This document shows, in pieces, positions 37,148-47,429 of a stretch of DNA of 64,000 nt (its first letter is position 1; the number at the start of each line of letters is the position of its first letter). A program made the position numbers and the translations under genes. The stretch covers positions 928,001-992,000 of the forward strand of contig CAWCAG010000007.1 in assembly GCA_963793425.1 (NCBI GenBank), read 5' to 3'. The DNA comes from an uncultured cyanobacterium. Its GTDB lineage: Bacteria; Cyanobacteriota; Cyanobacteriia; Cyanobacteriales; CAWCAG01. The notes below the pieces were generated by a model. The model did no database searches and was not told the origin of the DNA. It saw nothing but the letters and a program-made list of their open reading frames with translations.

Positions 37148-37909
37148 TCAGTCCCCGACATCCCTTAAAAGTTCTGCCCAGCCAGATTTCATATTCCTTT
37201 TCGGACTTCTGCCGGCCCCAGGCTGGTAAATCCAGCCTTGAAAATCAATCTTTAATTTTCGCAAATCATCGGCTACGGTTTTACCAATAATCCAAACCTT
37301 AGCTTGGGGAAAGCGAGATAATAAATCAGCACCATAATCTGACCACCACAAGCGATGTAGGGCAGATTTTATCTGGTTAGAAACGCGCTTACCTCCAGGT
37401 ACATACATCCCATGAATAGAAGCATCTATCACCCAAACTCCCTTAGCTTGCATTTCCCTTAAAGTGCCAACCTTCCACTCTAAGCGATCGCTAACAGAAA
37501 CCCCTTCAGTTTTTCGCGGTTGCTTTCCCCTAGCTGTTAGCTTACCAAACAAATCCCAAAACTGTCTTGTCCCTGCATTCCTTTGGGTTGTCTCCCCCGA
37601 TAATAATTCTGGTTCCCCATAGCCTAAGCAATAAATTAAGCGCACAAACTCTTCAGGACTATGTTGGGCTGCGGCTGGCAAGGATTTTTTTTGTACCGTC
37701 AAACTAAAATCCTGAACAGAAGTATAAATATGAGACTCTGCAATTAAGATTACCGAAGTATTCTCCGGTTGCCAAGCCCAGCGGTGGCTTTCTACAGCTA
37801 AAGCTACTTGAGGTAATTCTGGTTCAAACCCAGCTTCGTCAAGCAATTTAGCTCCCTTGCTTTGGCTAATTTTAATTTTCTCTTCTACCCAAACAGGAAG
37901 CTGGGACAT
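37148..37909 (-). CDS. Hypothetical protein, possibly UDG-like fold
   Basis: 253-aa ORF; WQPENTSVILIAESH, VWVIDAS, WIIGK resemble UDG-superfamily motifs. Confidence 0.6.
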   Translation of the reverse strand: MSQLPVWVEEKIKISQSKGAKLLDEAGFEPELPQVALAVESHRWAWQPENTSVILIAESHIYTSVQDFSLTVQKKSLPAAAQHSPEEFVRLIYCLGYGEPELLSGETTQRNAGTRQFWDLFGKLTARGKQPRKTEGVSVSDRLEWKVGTLREMQAKGVWVIDASIHGMYVPGGKRVSNQIKSALHRLWWSDYGADLLSRFPQAKVWIIGKTVADDLRKLKIDFQGWIYQPGAGRSPKRNMKSGWAELLRDVGD

Positions 37910-37950
37910 AATACTCTTTTTTTGTGTTGGAGATATGGTGGTTGGAAAGG

Positions 37951-38040
37951 AGGAGTCGTAGTCTGCTAGTAAACGAGTTACCTGTTTTACTGTGTCTAGA
38001 CGGTTGAGGAGGTCGTAGCCGTAGTCAGTTGTTCTTTTTG
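37951..38040 (-). pseudogene. Rhs/YD-repeat fragment
   Basis: Manual translation TTDYGYDLLNRLDTVKQVTRLLADYD. Confidence 0.6.
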
Positions 38041-38170
38041 TGATTAGTGCATTAAGTGCTGAATAGAGTGTTTGGTGAGTTACTTGTTAGTTTTTGCAGC
38101 ACAAACGCACCCTATAATATCTGCGATCGCACTAATTTTTTAGCTTGAGCAAGCAATCTTTAAGAACCTC

Positions 38171-38212
38171 TAAATACTTTTTAAAAACGAATAAATACTT
38201 TTTAAAAACGAA
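38171..38212. repeat. Exact 21-bp tandem duplication
   Basis: taaatactttttaaaaacgaa x2. Confidence 0.9.
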
Positions 38213-38287
38213 TAGCTCCTCTTCATGAAAATTGTTATCTAATTATTTACAAAGGATTAGACACTCTTATTCAATTCAATCCTTTAA

Positions 38288-38450
38288 TCATAATCTACCA
38301 ACAGGGTAAGCCGTTTCTACGGTTTTTGTGTCTTGATCCAACCAAATTTCTACAATGTAACCTGATTCAGGGTCTTCTCCACGATACTTGATGCGTGTTC
38401 TTTCAGTAATTGGGTCAGTTTGCCGCACAAAGGTATTCGTTACCTGGCGT
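38288..38450 (-). pseudogene. C-terminal fragment resembling a polymorphic-toxin nuclease tip
   Basis: RIKYRGEDPESGYIVEIWLDQDTKTVETAYPV; TAYP ending recalls bacterial EndoU-like toxins. Confidence 0.4.
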
Positions 38451-38532
38451 GCAATAAAGGGGTAAAGGGAAAGGGGAAACCCTTGTTTTCCCAACTACTC
38501 GCCCCCTACTCCCTACTTTTAACCTAGCATGA

Positions 38533-39747
38533 CTACCTACTACCTACTCCCTGTTCTAGTTGTGCTGTAGCTATTTTCAAATTAATCACCTTTTCACCAC
38601 GCTGGATTTTGAAAGGTAATTCTTTGTCTAGTCCGCTATTTTCTACAACGGTTTGCAACTGTCCTGCTTCAGTTATACGCTGGCGGTTAACTTCTAAAAT
38701 AACATCCCCAGCACGAATTCCACCTTGGGCCGCGGGGCTGTCGGGAATAACTCTAACTACCAAAACACCTTCAACCTCTGGGACAATGATACGAGAATTT
38801 GGATTTTTGTTATTCTCCTTCGCTGTTTCAGGGGTAAGAGTCACCATCTGCACTCCCACATAGGGATGAGCTACTTGCTTACCATCTGCTAAAACTTGGG
38901 AGAGAGACTTTGCTTTGTTGATAGGGATAGCAAAACCAATACCCATGGCATCAGGGCGAATAGCTGTGTTGATGCCAATAACTTCTCCTTGTTCATTTAA
39001 CAATGGTCCCCCGGAATTACCAGGGTTAATAGCAGCATCGGTTTGCAAGAAATCAATGCGCTTATCAAGGATGCCCACTTCTGAAGAAGAACGGTTTAAA
39101 GTACTAATAATCCCCAAAGTGACAGTATTGTCTAAACCAACAGGATTACCCACTGCGATCGCCCAATCTCCTACCTTAACTTGGTCAGAATCTCCTAGGG
39201 GGGCAACGGGCATATTGCCTTGAGGTTCAATTTTAACCACCGCCAAATCTGTAACGCTGTCAGTGCCTTTAACCACTCCTTCTACACGCCTACCGTCTTT
39301 CAGGGTGACGGTTACTTTATCTGCCTGACTAACGACATGGGCATTAGTAAGAATCGTCCCATTTTCATCAAAAATAAACCCAGATCCTTGCCCCCTTAAA
39401 GTTCTTTCTTGAGGGGCTTGTTGTCCAAAGCGATCACCAAAAAAGTCCCGGAAGAAAGGATCTTGTAACAAAGGATCTAAGCGCTGAGTCACAGTACGTT
39501 CTGTATCAATTCTAACTACTGCATCCCCTGTACGTTCTACGGCTGCTGAAACAAAGCTTCCACCAGGGCGAATAGCTGCTTTTGGTACTTGTGCAATTTC
39601 TTTAACTGTTTCTATTTTAGTGGCTGCGGGAATTAAGCTATTTTCCGTAGCATTGGGTGCTGCTACTGAAGATAGTACCCTAATTGTGCCGAAGGTCAAC
39701 ACGACACCAAGGAGAAGGGATAAAAAATGAGTTGTAAGTTTTCGCAT
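38533..39747 (-). CDS. hhoA: HtrA/Deg serine protease with PDZ (HhoA-like)
   Basis: GQGSGFI, TNAHVV, TDAAINPGNSGGPL, C-terminal PDZ. Confidence 0.85.
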   Translation of the reverse strand: MRKLTTHFLSLLLGVVLTFGTIRVLSSVAAPNATENSLIPAATKIETVKEIAQVPKAAIRPGGSFVSAAVERTGDAVVRIDTERTVTQRLDPLLQDPFFRDFFGDRFGQQAPQERTLRGQGSGFIFDENGTILTNAHVVSQADKVTVTLKDGRRVEGVVKGTDSVTDLAVVKIEPQGNMPVAPLGDSDQVKVGDWAIAVGNPVGLDNTVTLGIISTLNRSSSEVGILDKRIDFLQTDAAINPGNSGGPLLNEQGEVIGINTAIRPDAMGIGFAIPINKAKSLSQVLADGKQVAHPYVGVQMVTLTPETAKENNKNPNSRIIVPEVEGVLVVRVIPDSPAAQGGIRAGDVILEVNRQRITEAGQLQTVVENSGLDKELPFKIQRGEKVINLKIATAQLEQGVGSR

Positions 39748-40118
39748 ATTATCAGTTATCAGTTTAGTCTACGACAACGGCTAACGCCGTATACTTATCA
39801 ATTATCAGTTGTCAACGAGTTGTTAACGGCAAAGCCTTACAATGATGCCTAGCGGCAACGGTAAGCTGAACAGTTGTAGAGGCGACTGGTTTTTTATGTG
39901 CTATTTGATCAATCAAAGCCTTAATTAAGTCGCCAGTCATTCAATTAAATTTAAGGCAATATCTTTACTTATATTTTGCCTTAGAAAAGTTGCTGTTAAC
40001 CGACCTTCTTCAGTAGGGTATGCCGAACCCATACCACTATTTTCACAATGCTTATTTGCTTAGGCAAAACTTGCCTTAAAAGTTTAAGTTTTTCGTCTCT
40101 AACTCTCAAAATCAAAAG

Positions 40119-40589
40119 TCACTCTAACTTAGTAATTTCAACTGTCGAATCACCCTTAAAATCATACACTTCAACCTCAGCATATGTTTCTATCCATAAT
40201 CTTGCCCCTCCATGCTTTGGTTTATTGGGGCTGTAAGTTAAATGACAGGGGCCGTAAATATCTACTTCGTGGCCACAATGGTTAGCTTTATTCTGTTTGA
40301 CACTAATCACAGTTTCTAACTCATTATTCTCTTCCCTTTTCCGATTACGACCAATTGCCCCTCCGTTGACATGAATAATTTTCACAGCGCCAACACGAGG
40401 TTGACACCAGCCAGGAGCCGGGCCTCTTGTACCACGGGAAATCTTCGGCTTGCCTTTATATAAAGGAATAGCCCAAAACTTACCAATTTTGTAAGCGCCT
40501 TGGATACGACGTTGATTTAGCAAATAGACGACTCGACGAGGAGTAATGTTTAAGATTTTGGCAGTTTTTCTGGTGTCAACGTATTGCAT
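40119..40589 (-). CDS. Excisionase-like HTH DNA-binding protein (cyanobacterial family)
   Basis: TRKTAKILNITPRRVVYLLNQRRIQGAYKIGKFWAIP; GGARLWIET; start moved to ATG 40589. Confidence 0.7.
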   Translation of the reverse strand: MQYVDTRKTAKILNITPRRVVYLLNQRRIQGAYKIGKFWAIPLYKGKPKISRGTRGPAPGWCQPRVGAVKIIHVNGGAIGRNRKREENNELETVISVKQNKANHCGHEVDIYGPCHLTYSPNKPKHGGARLWIETYAEVEVYDFKGDSTVEITKLE

Positions 40590-40766
40590 AAGAAAAGAGG
40601 TGAAAACAACCATTCCGCGATAGGAGCATATTAGCACGAATGAAAATTTGATGTTCTTTAACACCAAATCCGGTTAATAAAACTCTGGTCATAACAAGAG
40701 GGGTTGGTCAAAAAAATGACGGGGTTTGGCAGTAATTAACCTATGCCACCAAACCCCGATCTAGTA

Positions 40767-42008
40767 TTACTTCTTATTTTGCTTGTCGAGGTGATAAGCT
40801 GCCTCTATAGCTGCTTTTTCTCTGGCTCTTTGAGCAAATGGCTGTAATTGTGCAATTTCCATACCGCTTAAAATACTCAAATTTTCTAAATCTATCCCTT
40901 TACTGAGCATTTCTACACACCATGTCTGTTGTGCTTGCTTTAAAGTCGGTGGTTGGGCTTGGGGTGTTAGTAAACCTGTGTTTATTGTTTGCCATAAACT
41001 TGCTAATTCCTGTTGAGAAATAGGTTGTTTTTCCTCATTGAGAAATAAGGCTGATTGTTCATCCTTACGGCTTTTTAGCCACTGAATAACTGGATCACTT
41101 TCGGCGAAGCCATAACGTTTGCCCAAAATCCACTGGTTAAGAGGCACTTGTCTAATTGCACCTTGATTGATTTGTAAGATACGTTGTCCAGATTCTCTAA
41201 TAAAGTGCGATCGCTCTAAATTAACCACTTCTTGACTTGATAAACCTGCACCAAACAAGACATAAACTAAAGCATACTCTTGTCGTCCTTGTTTCTTAGC
41301 TTGTCTAAAAAGGGAACGGACTAAACTAGCGGGTAAATCTTGTATTTGCTTTTGATTAACTGAAGATGACTGAGTTTCTAAAATAATCTCTGTTTCCCTA
41401 GAAGTAATAATAGCACCGTGTAAAAATAGCTCTACCAAACTAGCTAAAAAATCCTCTCTTTTTAGCCAAAGTCCATCTCCTTCAGTTTCAATAGTTGAGT
41501 TGATAGTGAAGTAACCGAGTATCAGCCCATTAACTAAACTGGTTAAGGTTTCCGGAGGAAAACGAACTTCTAATCCTTCTTGGGCGATCGCGCTAGCTAA
41601 ATGTTTTGCTATATGTTGATTAGCTTCTGTCAATCTTTGCCCCAAAGCCAAACGATTTTCTGGGGGATACTGCCCCGCTTCTCCTATGACAGAGTGTACT
41701 AATTCAGGAACTTTTTCTAAAGCCTCTAAACTATTCTGGCCGTAATCTTGCAATATTTGAGCAATATTAGGTTGAGAATCGCCTTGTGCCAATAAAGTTT
41801 GCTTTAAATGGGAAAATAACCTCAAATGTTCTGTTACAGCTAGTAATAAGCCGTGCTTACTGCCAAAATGTCGAAATAAAGTGACTTCATTCACCTGAGC
41901 GCGATCAGCCACAGCTTTAGTAGTAGTATCCGTAACTCCCTTTTCTGTGAATAACTCTAATGCTGCCTCAATTAAACGGGTTTTGGTCGATTTTTTTCTA
42001 GTAGACAT
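40767..42008 (-). CDS. TetR regulator fused to a degenerate tyrosine-recombinase domain
   Basis: TTKAVADRAQVNEVTLFRHFGSK; C-terminal YVLFGAGLSSQEVVNL..RQVPL..QAQQTWCVEML..LSILSG. Confidence 0.85.
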   Translation of the reverse strand: MSTRKKSTKTRLIEAALELFTEKGVTDTTTKAVADRAQVNEVTLFRHFGSKHGLLLAVTEHLRLFSHLKQTLLAQGDSQPNIAQILQDYGQNSLEALEKVPELVHSVIGEAGQYPPENRLALGQRLTEANQHIAKHLASAIAQEGLEVRFPPETLTSLVNGLILGYFTINSTIETEGDGLWLKREDFLASLVELFLHGAIITSRETEIILETQSSSVNQKQIQDLPASLVRSLFRQAKKQGRQEYALVYVLFGAGLSSQEVVNLERSHFIRESGQRILQINQGAIRQVPLNQWILGKRYGFAESDPVIQWLKSRKDEQSALFLNEEKQPISQQELASLWQTINTGLLTPQAQPPTLKQAQQTWCVEMLSKGIDLENLSILSGMEIAQLQPFAQRAREKAAIEAAYHLDKQNKK

Positions 42009-42017
42009 AAACTAATT

Positions 42018-42080
42018 TGCAAGTAGCACTTGCATTGTTCGGCTATACCTGTTACCTTAAATGTGTAAGCAGCACTTGCA
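42018..42080. promoter_or_regulatory. Twin palindromic operators flanking the desaturase promoter
   Basis: TGCAAGT-AGC-ACTTGCA 42018-42034; TGTAAGC-AGC-ACTTGCA 42064-42080; TTGCAT-17-TACCTT 42030-42058. Confidence 0.75.
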
Positions 42081-42189
42081 TTATCTCTTTTGAATTATAA
42101 CTAACCTTTCACTAAACAGATAGTTGTAGCGAAGTGAAATGCAAATAACTAGAAAAATTAAATCCTGGTATTTTTAGAGGACAAAATTA

Positions 42190-43020
42190 ATGACACAAGC
42201 AGTAATTACCTTTGAGGGTAAGCAAAAGCTAACTCTCTGTTGGACGAGTGTGGCCTTTTTCAGCACATTCCACATCCTAGCTTTATTAGCACCTTGGTTT
42301 TTTTCTTGGTCAGCATTAGGTGTAATGATTTTTTGCCATTGGCTATTTGGTAGCATCGGCATTTGTTTAGGGTACCACCGCCTCTTAACCCATCGTAGTT
42401 TGCAAGTACCTCAATGGTTAGAATATGTCATAGTAACTATCGGTGCATTGGCCCTACAAGGAGGACCAATTTTTTGGGTAGCAGGACATCGTTTGCATCA
42501 TGCCCATACAGAGGATGTAGAAAAAGATCCCTATTCTGCTAAGAAAGGATTTTGGTGGAGTCATGTATTGTGGTTAGTTTATCCACAAAAGCAGTTTTTT
42601 GACTACGAAGCTTATCAAAAGTATGCTCCTGATTTAACTCGCCATGCTTATTACCGTTGGTTAAACAAAAAATCTAGTTTTATCGGGCTGCAAGTTGCCT
42701 TTAGTCTGCTGTTATACGCTTTAGGTGGTTGGTCTTTCGTAATTTATGGTACATTCCTCAGAGCAGTATTACTCTGGCATAGCACTTGGTTAATCAACTC
42801 TGCTAGTCATATCCGAGGCTATCGCACTTTCACCACCAATGACAATGCCCGTAACCTCTGGTGGGCGGCTATTCTCACTTACGGAGAAGGTTGGCACAAC
42901 AATCATCATGCCCATCCTCGCGTTGCCAAAGCTGGACAGAAGTGGTGGGAAGTTGATCCGACTTGGTGGGCAATTCAGGTGTTGCAAAGATTCGGTTTAG
43001 CCAAAAAAGTATTCTCGTAA
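42190..43020 (+). CDS. desC: Delta-9 acyl-lipid desaturase
   Basis: His boxes HRLLTH, HRLHH, GEGWHNNHH. Confidence 0.9.
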   Translation: MTQAVITFEGKQKLTLCWTSVAFFSTFHILALLAPWFFSWSALGVMIFCHWLFGSIGICLGYHRLLTHRSLQVPQWLEYVIVTIGALALQGGPIFWVAGHRLHHAHTEDVEKDPYSAKKGFWWSHVLWLVYPQKQFFDYEAYQKYAPDLTRHAYYRWLNKKSSFIGLQVAFSLLLYALGGWSFVIYGTFLRAVLLWHSTWLINSASHIRGYRTFTTNDNARNLWWAAILTYGEGWHNNHHAHPRVAKAGQKWWEVDPTWWAIQVLQRFGLAKKVFS

Positions 43021-43090
43021 AAGAGGCGCAAACCTTAAAACCCTAATGTTAGTGTCCCTGTAGAAGTTAGGGTTGAGTATAATAATCCTC

Positions 43091-43114
43091 GCCGTGTAAG
43101 TCTTTTTACACGGC
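43091..43114. terminator. Hairpin downstream of desC
   Basis: gccgtgtaa-gtcttt-ttacacggc. Confidence 0.5.
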
Positions 43115-43267
43115 TTAAGGAAGGTATAGAATGGAGATATATGAACTGTCTACTCGTAGAAAAGAAAGTAAGCTTTACAGAAGTTGCCTCAATAATAAGT
43201 GACTTTAAAGATATTCCTCTTTTTAACTAAACCTGCCCTAACACAGAATTTTAGCTGGGTCATATCA

Positions 43268-43328
43268 GTAGGGTGGGCAAGATTCAGTAGTTGAATTAGC
43301 CTCAAAAGTTCATCTGTTTTTGCCCACC
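43268..43328. repeat. REP-like palindrome
   Basis: GTAGGGTGGGCAAG...TTTGCCCACC. Confidence 0.8.
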
Positions 43329-43521
43329 AGAATTAATCAGTAAATCTTTTGGTAAAGGTCTTGGCTTTTTTTGACACCTTGCTGATTATGGTTTTCAAGA
43401 GTTTAAAAGTTTAGTTTTTCTTGGTTTTATCAAGATGATGCAACCGTCTCTTTTCTACTGAATAATTGTAGCAGAAGCTTACTATAGTTTAGAGTAGAAA
43501 AAAAGCATAAATAGCTAGTGA

Positions 43522-44292
43522 CTAAGCCAAAGGAGAAAAACCACCCGGAGGTACATCTTGCCAACGCCCTGAGCCTATTGCTTGAATTGCTTCGGATAAA
43601 GAAACATCTCCGGTGTAGAGGGCGCGGCCCACAATTACTCCTTCTACCCCTAAAGCTTCCAAGGAAAGTAAACTTAATAAATCTGTTAAAGAACTTACTC
43701 CCCCGGAAGCAATCACAGGAACATCTACGGCTGTAGCCATCTCTCGCAAGGCTTCTAAGTTAGGGCCACTTAGAGTACCATCACGGTGAATATCAGTGTA
43801 AATTATCGCTGCGGCACCCTTCGTCGCCATTTGTTGCGCCAACTCCGTAGCAGCAACTTGAGAGGTTTCCAACCACCCCCTGGTTGCCACTTGCCCATTA
43901 CGGGCATCAATACCAACCACAATTTTGTTAGGAAACTCTTGAGCTAAGTCCTCTACTAACTGAGGATTTTCCACGGCAACAGTTCCCATAATTGTGCGGT
44001 CAACTCCTAAGTTAACCAATTGAGTTACGGAGGTGCGATCGCGCAATCCTCCTCCCACTTGCACTGGCACAGATACAGCCCTAACAATAGCTTCAATAGT
44101 TTTTTGATTAGCGGGTTTTCCTTGCTTTGCCCCATCTAAATCAACAACATGAATTCGAGTTGCCCCTTGCTCTGCCCATTGTCTGGCGACATCCACAGGA
44201 TTATCATTAAATACCTGAGATTGGTCATAATCTCCTTGATAAAGGCGAACACAACGCCCTTCTAATAAATCAATAGCTGGGATAATTTCCAT
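43522..44292 (-). CDS. hisA: ProFAR isomerase
   Basis: [36 protein letters not shown]. Confidence 0.97.
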   Translation of the reverse strand: MEIIPAIDLLEGRCVRLYQGDYDQSQVFNDNPVDVARQWAEQGATRIHVVDLDGAKQGKPANQKTIEAIVRAVSVPVQVGGGLRDRTSVTQLVNLGVDRTIMGTVAVENPQLVEDLAQEFPNKIVVGIDARNGQVATRGWLETSQVAATELAQQMATKGAAAIIYTDIHRDGTLSGPNLEALREMATAVDVPVIASGGVSSLTDLLSLLSLEALGVEGVIVGRALYTGDVSLSEAIQAIGSGRWQDVPPGGFSPLA

Positions 44293-44357
44293 GATTGGCT
44301 AATTGCTAGTTGCTAATGGCTAATAGTTTTTTCCCAGTTCCCCAGTTCCCCAGTTCC

Positions 44358-46040
44358 CTAGCTCCCTACCACCGGAGATAGTTCTTTCAAGATTGTAAAC
44401 TGGACGTGGTTAATTGCTAACTCACCCAGAGAAACAACTTCCTTATCAACAGGAACTCCTTGAGTGTAAAGCTTTTCAAAAGAGACTCCTTTCGCCATTT
44501 CTGCATGATACCAGGCTAAACCCATAAAAAAGCGAGTTGGATAGGGGCCTCCTTCTTGGATATCATCGGGATTTGATTCCATGGGCAACCAACCAAACCC
44601 TGGGGCATAAAATTCCATCCAGACATGATTATAGTCGGGAACTAAGGGAACTTCTTTTTGATGGGGATGGGGAGGACATTTATAACGACCGACAGTACGG
44701 CAAGCAATACCATTTAACCTGGCTAAAGCGAGTAAGATACCTAAATATTCGCCACAAGAACCCACCCCCCTAGCTAGGGCGACATCAGGAGTATCAATAT
44801 GGGGTTTGATACCATAGGAGAGTTTGTCATAAACATAGTTACGGATACTATACATTTTCCGCAACAGGTTAGTTTCTCGCTTAACGGCTTCAGTGGCTGC
44901 TTGACGAATAATTGCTGTATCCATAGCCAAGTTATCATTGTCTACCAAATAGAGTTGCTGAAACTCAGGAGACAATTCTAAAAGATTTTCACAATCTCGC
45001 GGCTTAAGTTGATACTTGATTCCCCAAACTTCTAAAGTCGCTTTCCAACCAAAAATGCGCCTTTCTTCAGGCTTCAGGCTAGCAAACTTAAATACGGCAA
45101 TACGCTGCCCTTGGTGGTTTTCTTCTGTGAAAGGTAAGCCTACAGGTTCCACAGAAACAATCTTTTGTCGTTGGGTATCTGCGGGTAGGGCGATGCGCCA
45201 TTCTAAGTCCTTAAGTTCTAATTCATCTAAAGGGGCAAGTTCTTCAATATAGGTCATTTCTACCAAATAACCATTGGAAAGAGCATAACCATTCTTTTCG
45301 TTGTGGTAAAAATACAAAGGATGAATGAAAGTGCGATCCCGGAATTCTAATTGGTAGTTAGGATCAGCATTAGGATTATCTCGGATATAAGGCTCATCAT
45401 CAGCATAAGAGACATAAAGGGTTTCTTTCCCGGTTTGGGAATCTTGTTGTAAGGCTATGCCTGTGGGATTTGCAAAAGGTGTCAGGACATTAAAAATAAC
45501 TTCCCCAGTTGCGCGATCTAAACAATAAACTGTTTGTTCTGTCTCATCACACAGCCAAAGTTTTTCCTCTTGTACAGCTAAATTCTCACGACCAATACCC
45601 GGACTATAGAAGCGAGTAATCTGCTTACCGGTTTCTTTGCTTAAAATATAAATACAGCCTGCTTTTTGAGAAGTAACATAGACTGTCGATTCCCAAACTG
45701 CTACTCCATCAGCACTATAGGGCAAATGAACAAAGTGCTGGGGACTAAAATTATCCCAAGAGCAGTAATAAATATTCTCATCTTTAGTAAACCAGAGAGT
45801 ATCCCCAGCGATTGCTATACCTCTAGCATCAACAAAATCTGAGCAGTTGTGGGAATTGAGTATAGTTGTGTTATCGTTAACCGGATCGATTTGCAACACA
45901 TAACCATTAACAGAGTCAAGGGCAATTAACCACTTTTCTCGAAACCCAATCCCCTGTAAAGCTGCCGCAGCGAGGGGTCTTATCGTTCTTGACAAAAGGC
46001 TAGCTGTTTGAGACACAGAGGTGGCAGAATCAGGAATCAT
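44358..46040 (-). CDS. Beta-propeller plus transglutaminase-like protein
   Basis: GSCGEY, NHVWMEFYAPGFGWLPME. Confidence 0.85.
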   Translation of the reverse strand: MIPDSATSVSQTASLLSRTIRPLAAAALQGIGFREKWLIALDSVNGYVLQIDPVNDNTTILNSHNCSDFVDARGIAIAGDTLWFTKDENIYYCSWDNFSPQHFVHLPYSADGVAVWESTVYVTSQKAGCIYILSKETGKQITRFYSPGIGRENLAVQEEKLWLCDETEQTVYCLDRATGEVIFNVLTPFANPTGIALQQDSQTGKETLYVSYADDEPYIRDNPNADPNYQLEFRDRTFIHPLYFYHNEKNGYALSNGYLVEMTYIEELAPLDELELKDLEWRIALPADTQRQKIVSVEPVGLPFTEENHQGQRIAVFKFASLKPEERRIFGWKATLEVWGIKYQLKPRDCENLLELSPEFQQLYLVDNDNLAMDTAIIRQAATEAVKRETNLLRKMYSIRNYVYDKLSYGIKPHIDTPDVALARGVGSCGEYLGILLALARLNGIACRTVGRYKCPPHPHQKEVPLVPDYNHVWMEFYAPGFGWLPMESNPDDIQEGGPYPTRFFMGLAWYHAEMAKGVSFEKLYTQGVPVDKEVVSLGELAINHVQFTILKELSPVVGS

Positions 46041-46426
46041 GAATTTTCTAGATGGAAATAGAGATGCAAAGTAAGATGATAAGCCATTAGCTGCTCAAAA
46101 GGAATTGCCACAGCCTATCTTTAAGTCATCTTAAGGAGTTAGGGAAAAGTGAGAAAATAGTTGTTACCTCAGTAAAAAGCTTGCTAAGTTGAGAATATAT
46201 ATCTCAAAGTATATATATCGTTAGAAATCAATTTATGCCCAACTGTAGTAGTTAGGCTAAGTATAAACATATCAAAATAGGTAATAAACCATATGCTCAA
46301 TGCGAACTTAAAATCTAATTAATAGAATTTAGTTTCTTCTCTTACAAGCACTAGGAACCCTATCTAGCTTTTTAGCATCTCATCAACTAAGTGATCTGCA
46401 AAGAAAAATTTACAGTAGGTTTAATT

Positions 46427-47224
46427 ATGACTCGGTTCAAACGTTATTTAAAACAATTTTCTCTCATAGTTCTCATCGCCATCGGGCTTTTGCTTCCTGC
46501 ATGGCTCAACTCTCCGGCACTTTCTAATACAAATTCACTTACTAGCTTATTACCTGGGGAGTTTAACTTTAGCGCTCCTTCAGATATTGGTAAACCAGAT
46601 CGGCGACAAGGGGGAGCTACTCGCAGCCCTGGTGAATGTCTGGCCAATGAGAAAAATCAACTCACAGCTTTATCTCCTGTGGGAGGGTCTTTTACCATGA
46701 AAGCTTATCCTAACTTTTCCTGGTATCTTCCTGCCAATTCTGCTCAAAAAATCTCTTTTTACCTCATGGACCCAGAAAGTCCTAATGATATCTACTACAC
46801 TTCTTATCTCTTAGCCAAGAATAATGGGGATGCGAGTATCAAAGAGCCATCCAAGATTATTAACCTAGAAATACCAGATTCTGTTAATGTCGCTCCCCTA
46901 GAAGTAAACAAGACTTACAGTTGGTTAGTAGAAGTATATTGTGACTCTTCAGGAGCAAGAGATTTTTGGGCATCAGGAGAGATTCAGCGTGTAGAGCCTG
47001 AACCGGCTGTGATAAATCAACTCAAACAAGCTCAAACTCCCGAAGCTCGTTTAGCTATCTATGCCCAAGCGCGTTTATTGCCAGAAACCCTAGAGACTCT
47101 GTTTGAGATTGAGCGTTCTAACCCCAACAGCCCTGATGTACAAGCCACTTGGCAAAAAATCATCTCTTCTTTAAAGTTTATTAACCCCATAGATGATCCT
47201 GAAGTTTCTTTAAGTACCCAGTAG
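46427..47224 (+). CDS. DUF928 protein
   Basis: Signal peptide; PDRRQGGATR, YPNFSWYLP, PLEVNKTYSW, GEIQRV. Confidence 0.85.
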   Translation: MTRFKRYLKQFSLIVLIAIGLLLPAWLNSPALSNTNSLTSLLPGEFNFSAPSDIGKPDRRQGGATRSPGECLANEKNQLTALSPVGGSFTMKAYPNFSWYLPANSAQKISFYLMDPESPNDIYYTSYLLAKNNGDASIKEPSKIINLEIPDSVNVAPLEVNKTYSWLVEVYCDSSGARDFWASGEIQRVEPEPAVINQLKQAQTPEARLAIYAQARLLPETLETLFEIERSNPNSPDVQATWQKIISSLKFINPIDDPEVSLSTQ

Positions 47225-47429
47225 CAGAATTCCCTAGTTAATTTTTGACATTTTGTCGAAATTAACAATTGTTCAGCATCTCCATCAACCCCTCAAAAAA
47301 ACCGGGTTTTTTCTTAGAGCAAAGTAGGTTGAGAAAAAACCCGGTTTTGTCATCTGAACCAATATATGCTCTTGACTCTATTCTCTCGGTGCATCACTAA
47401 ATACAAAACCGTTACTCCCAACAATCACC

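Noticed and set aside
40119..42008. Integrated element (excisionase plus integrase)
   Set aside because: The integrase-like domain lacks catalytic residues and is fused to TetR; no att repeats or cargo.
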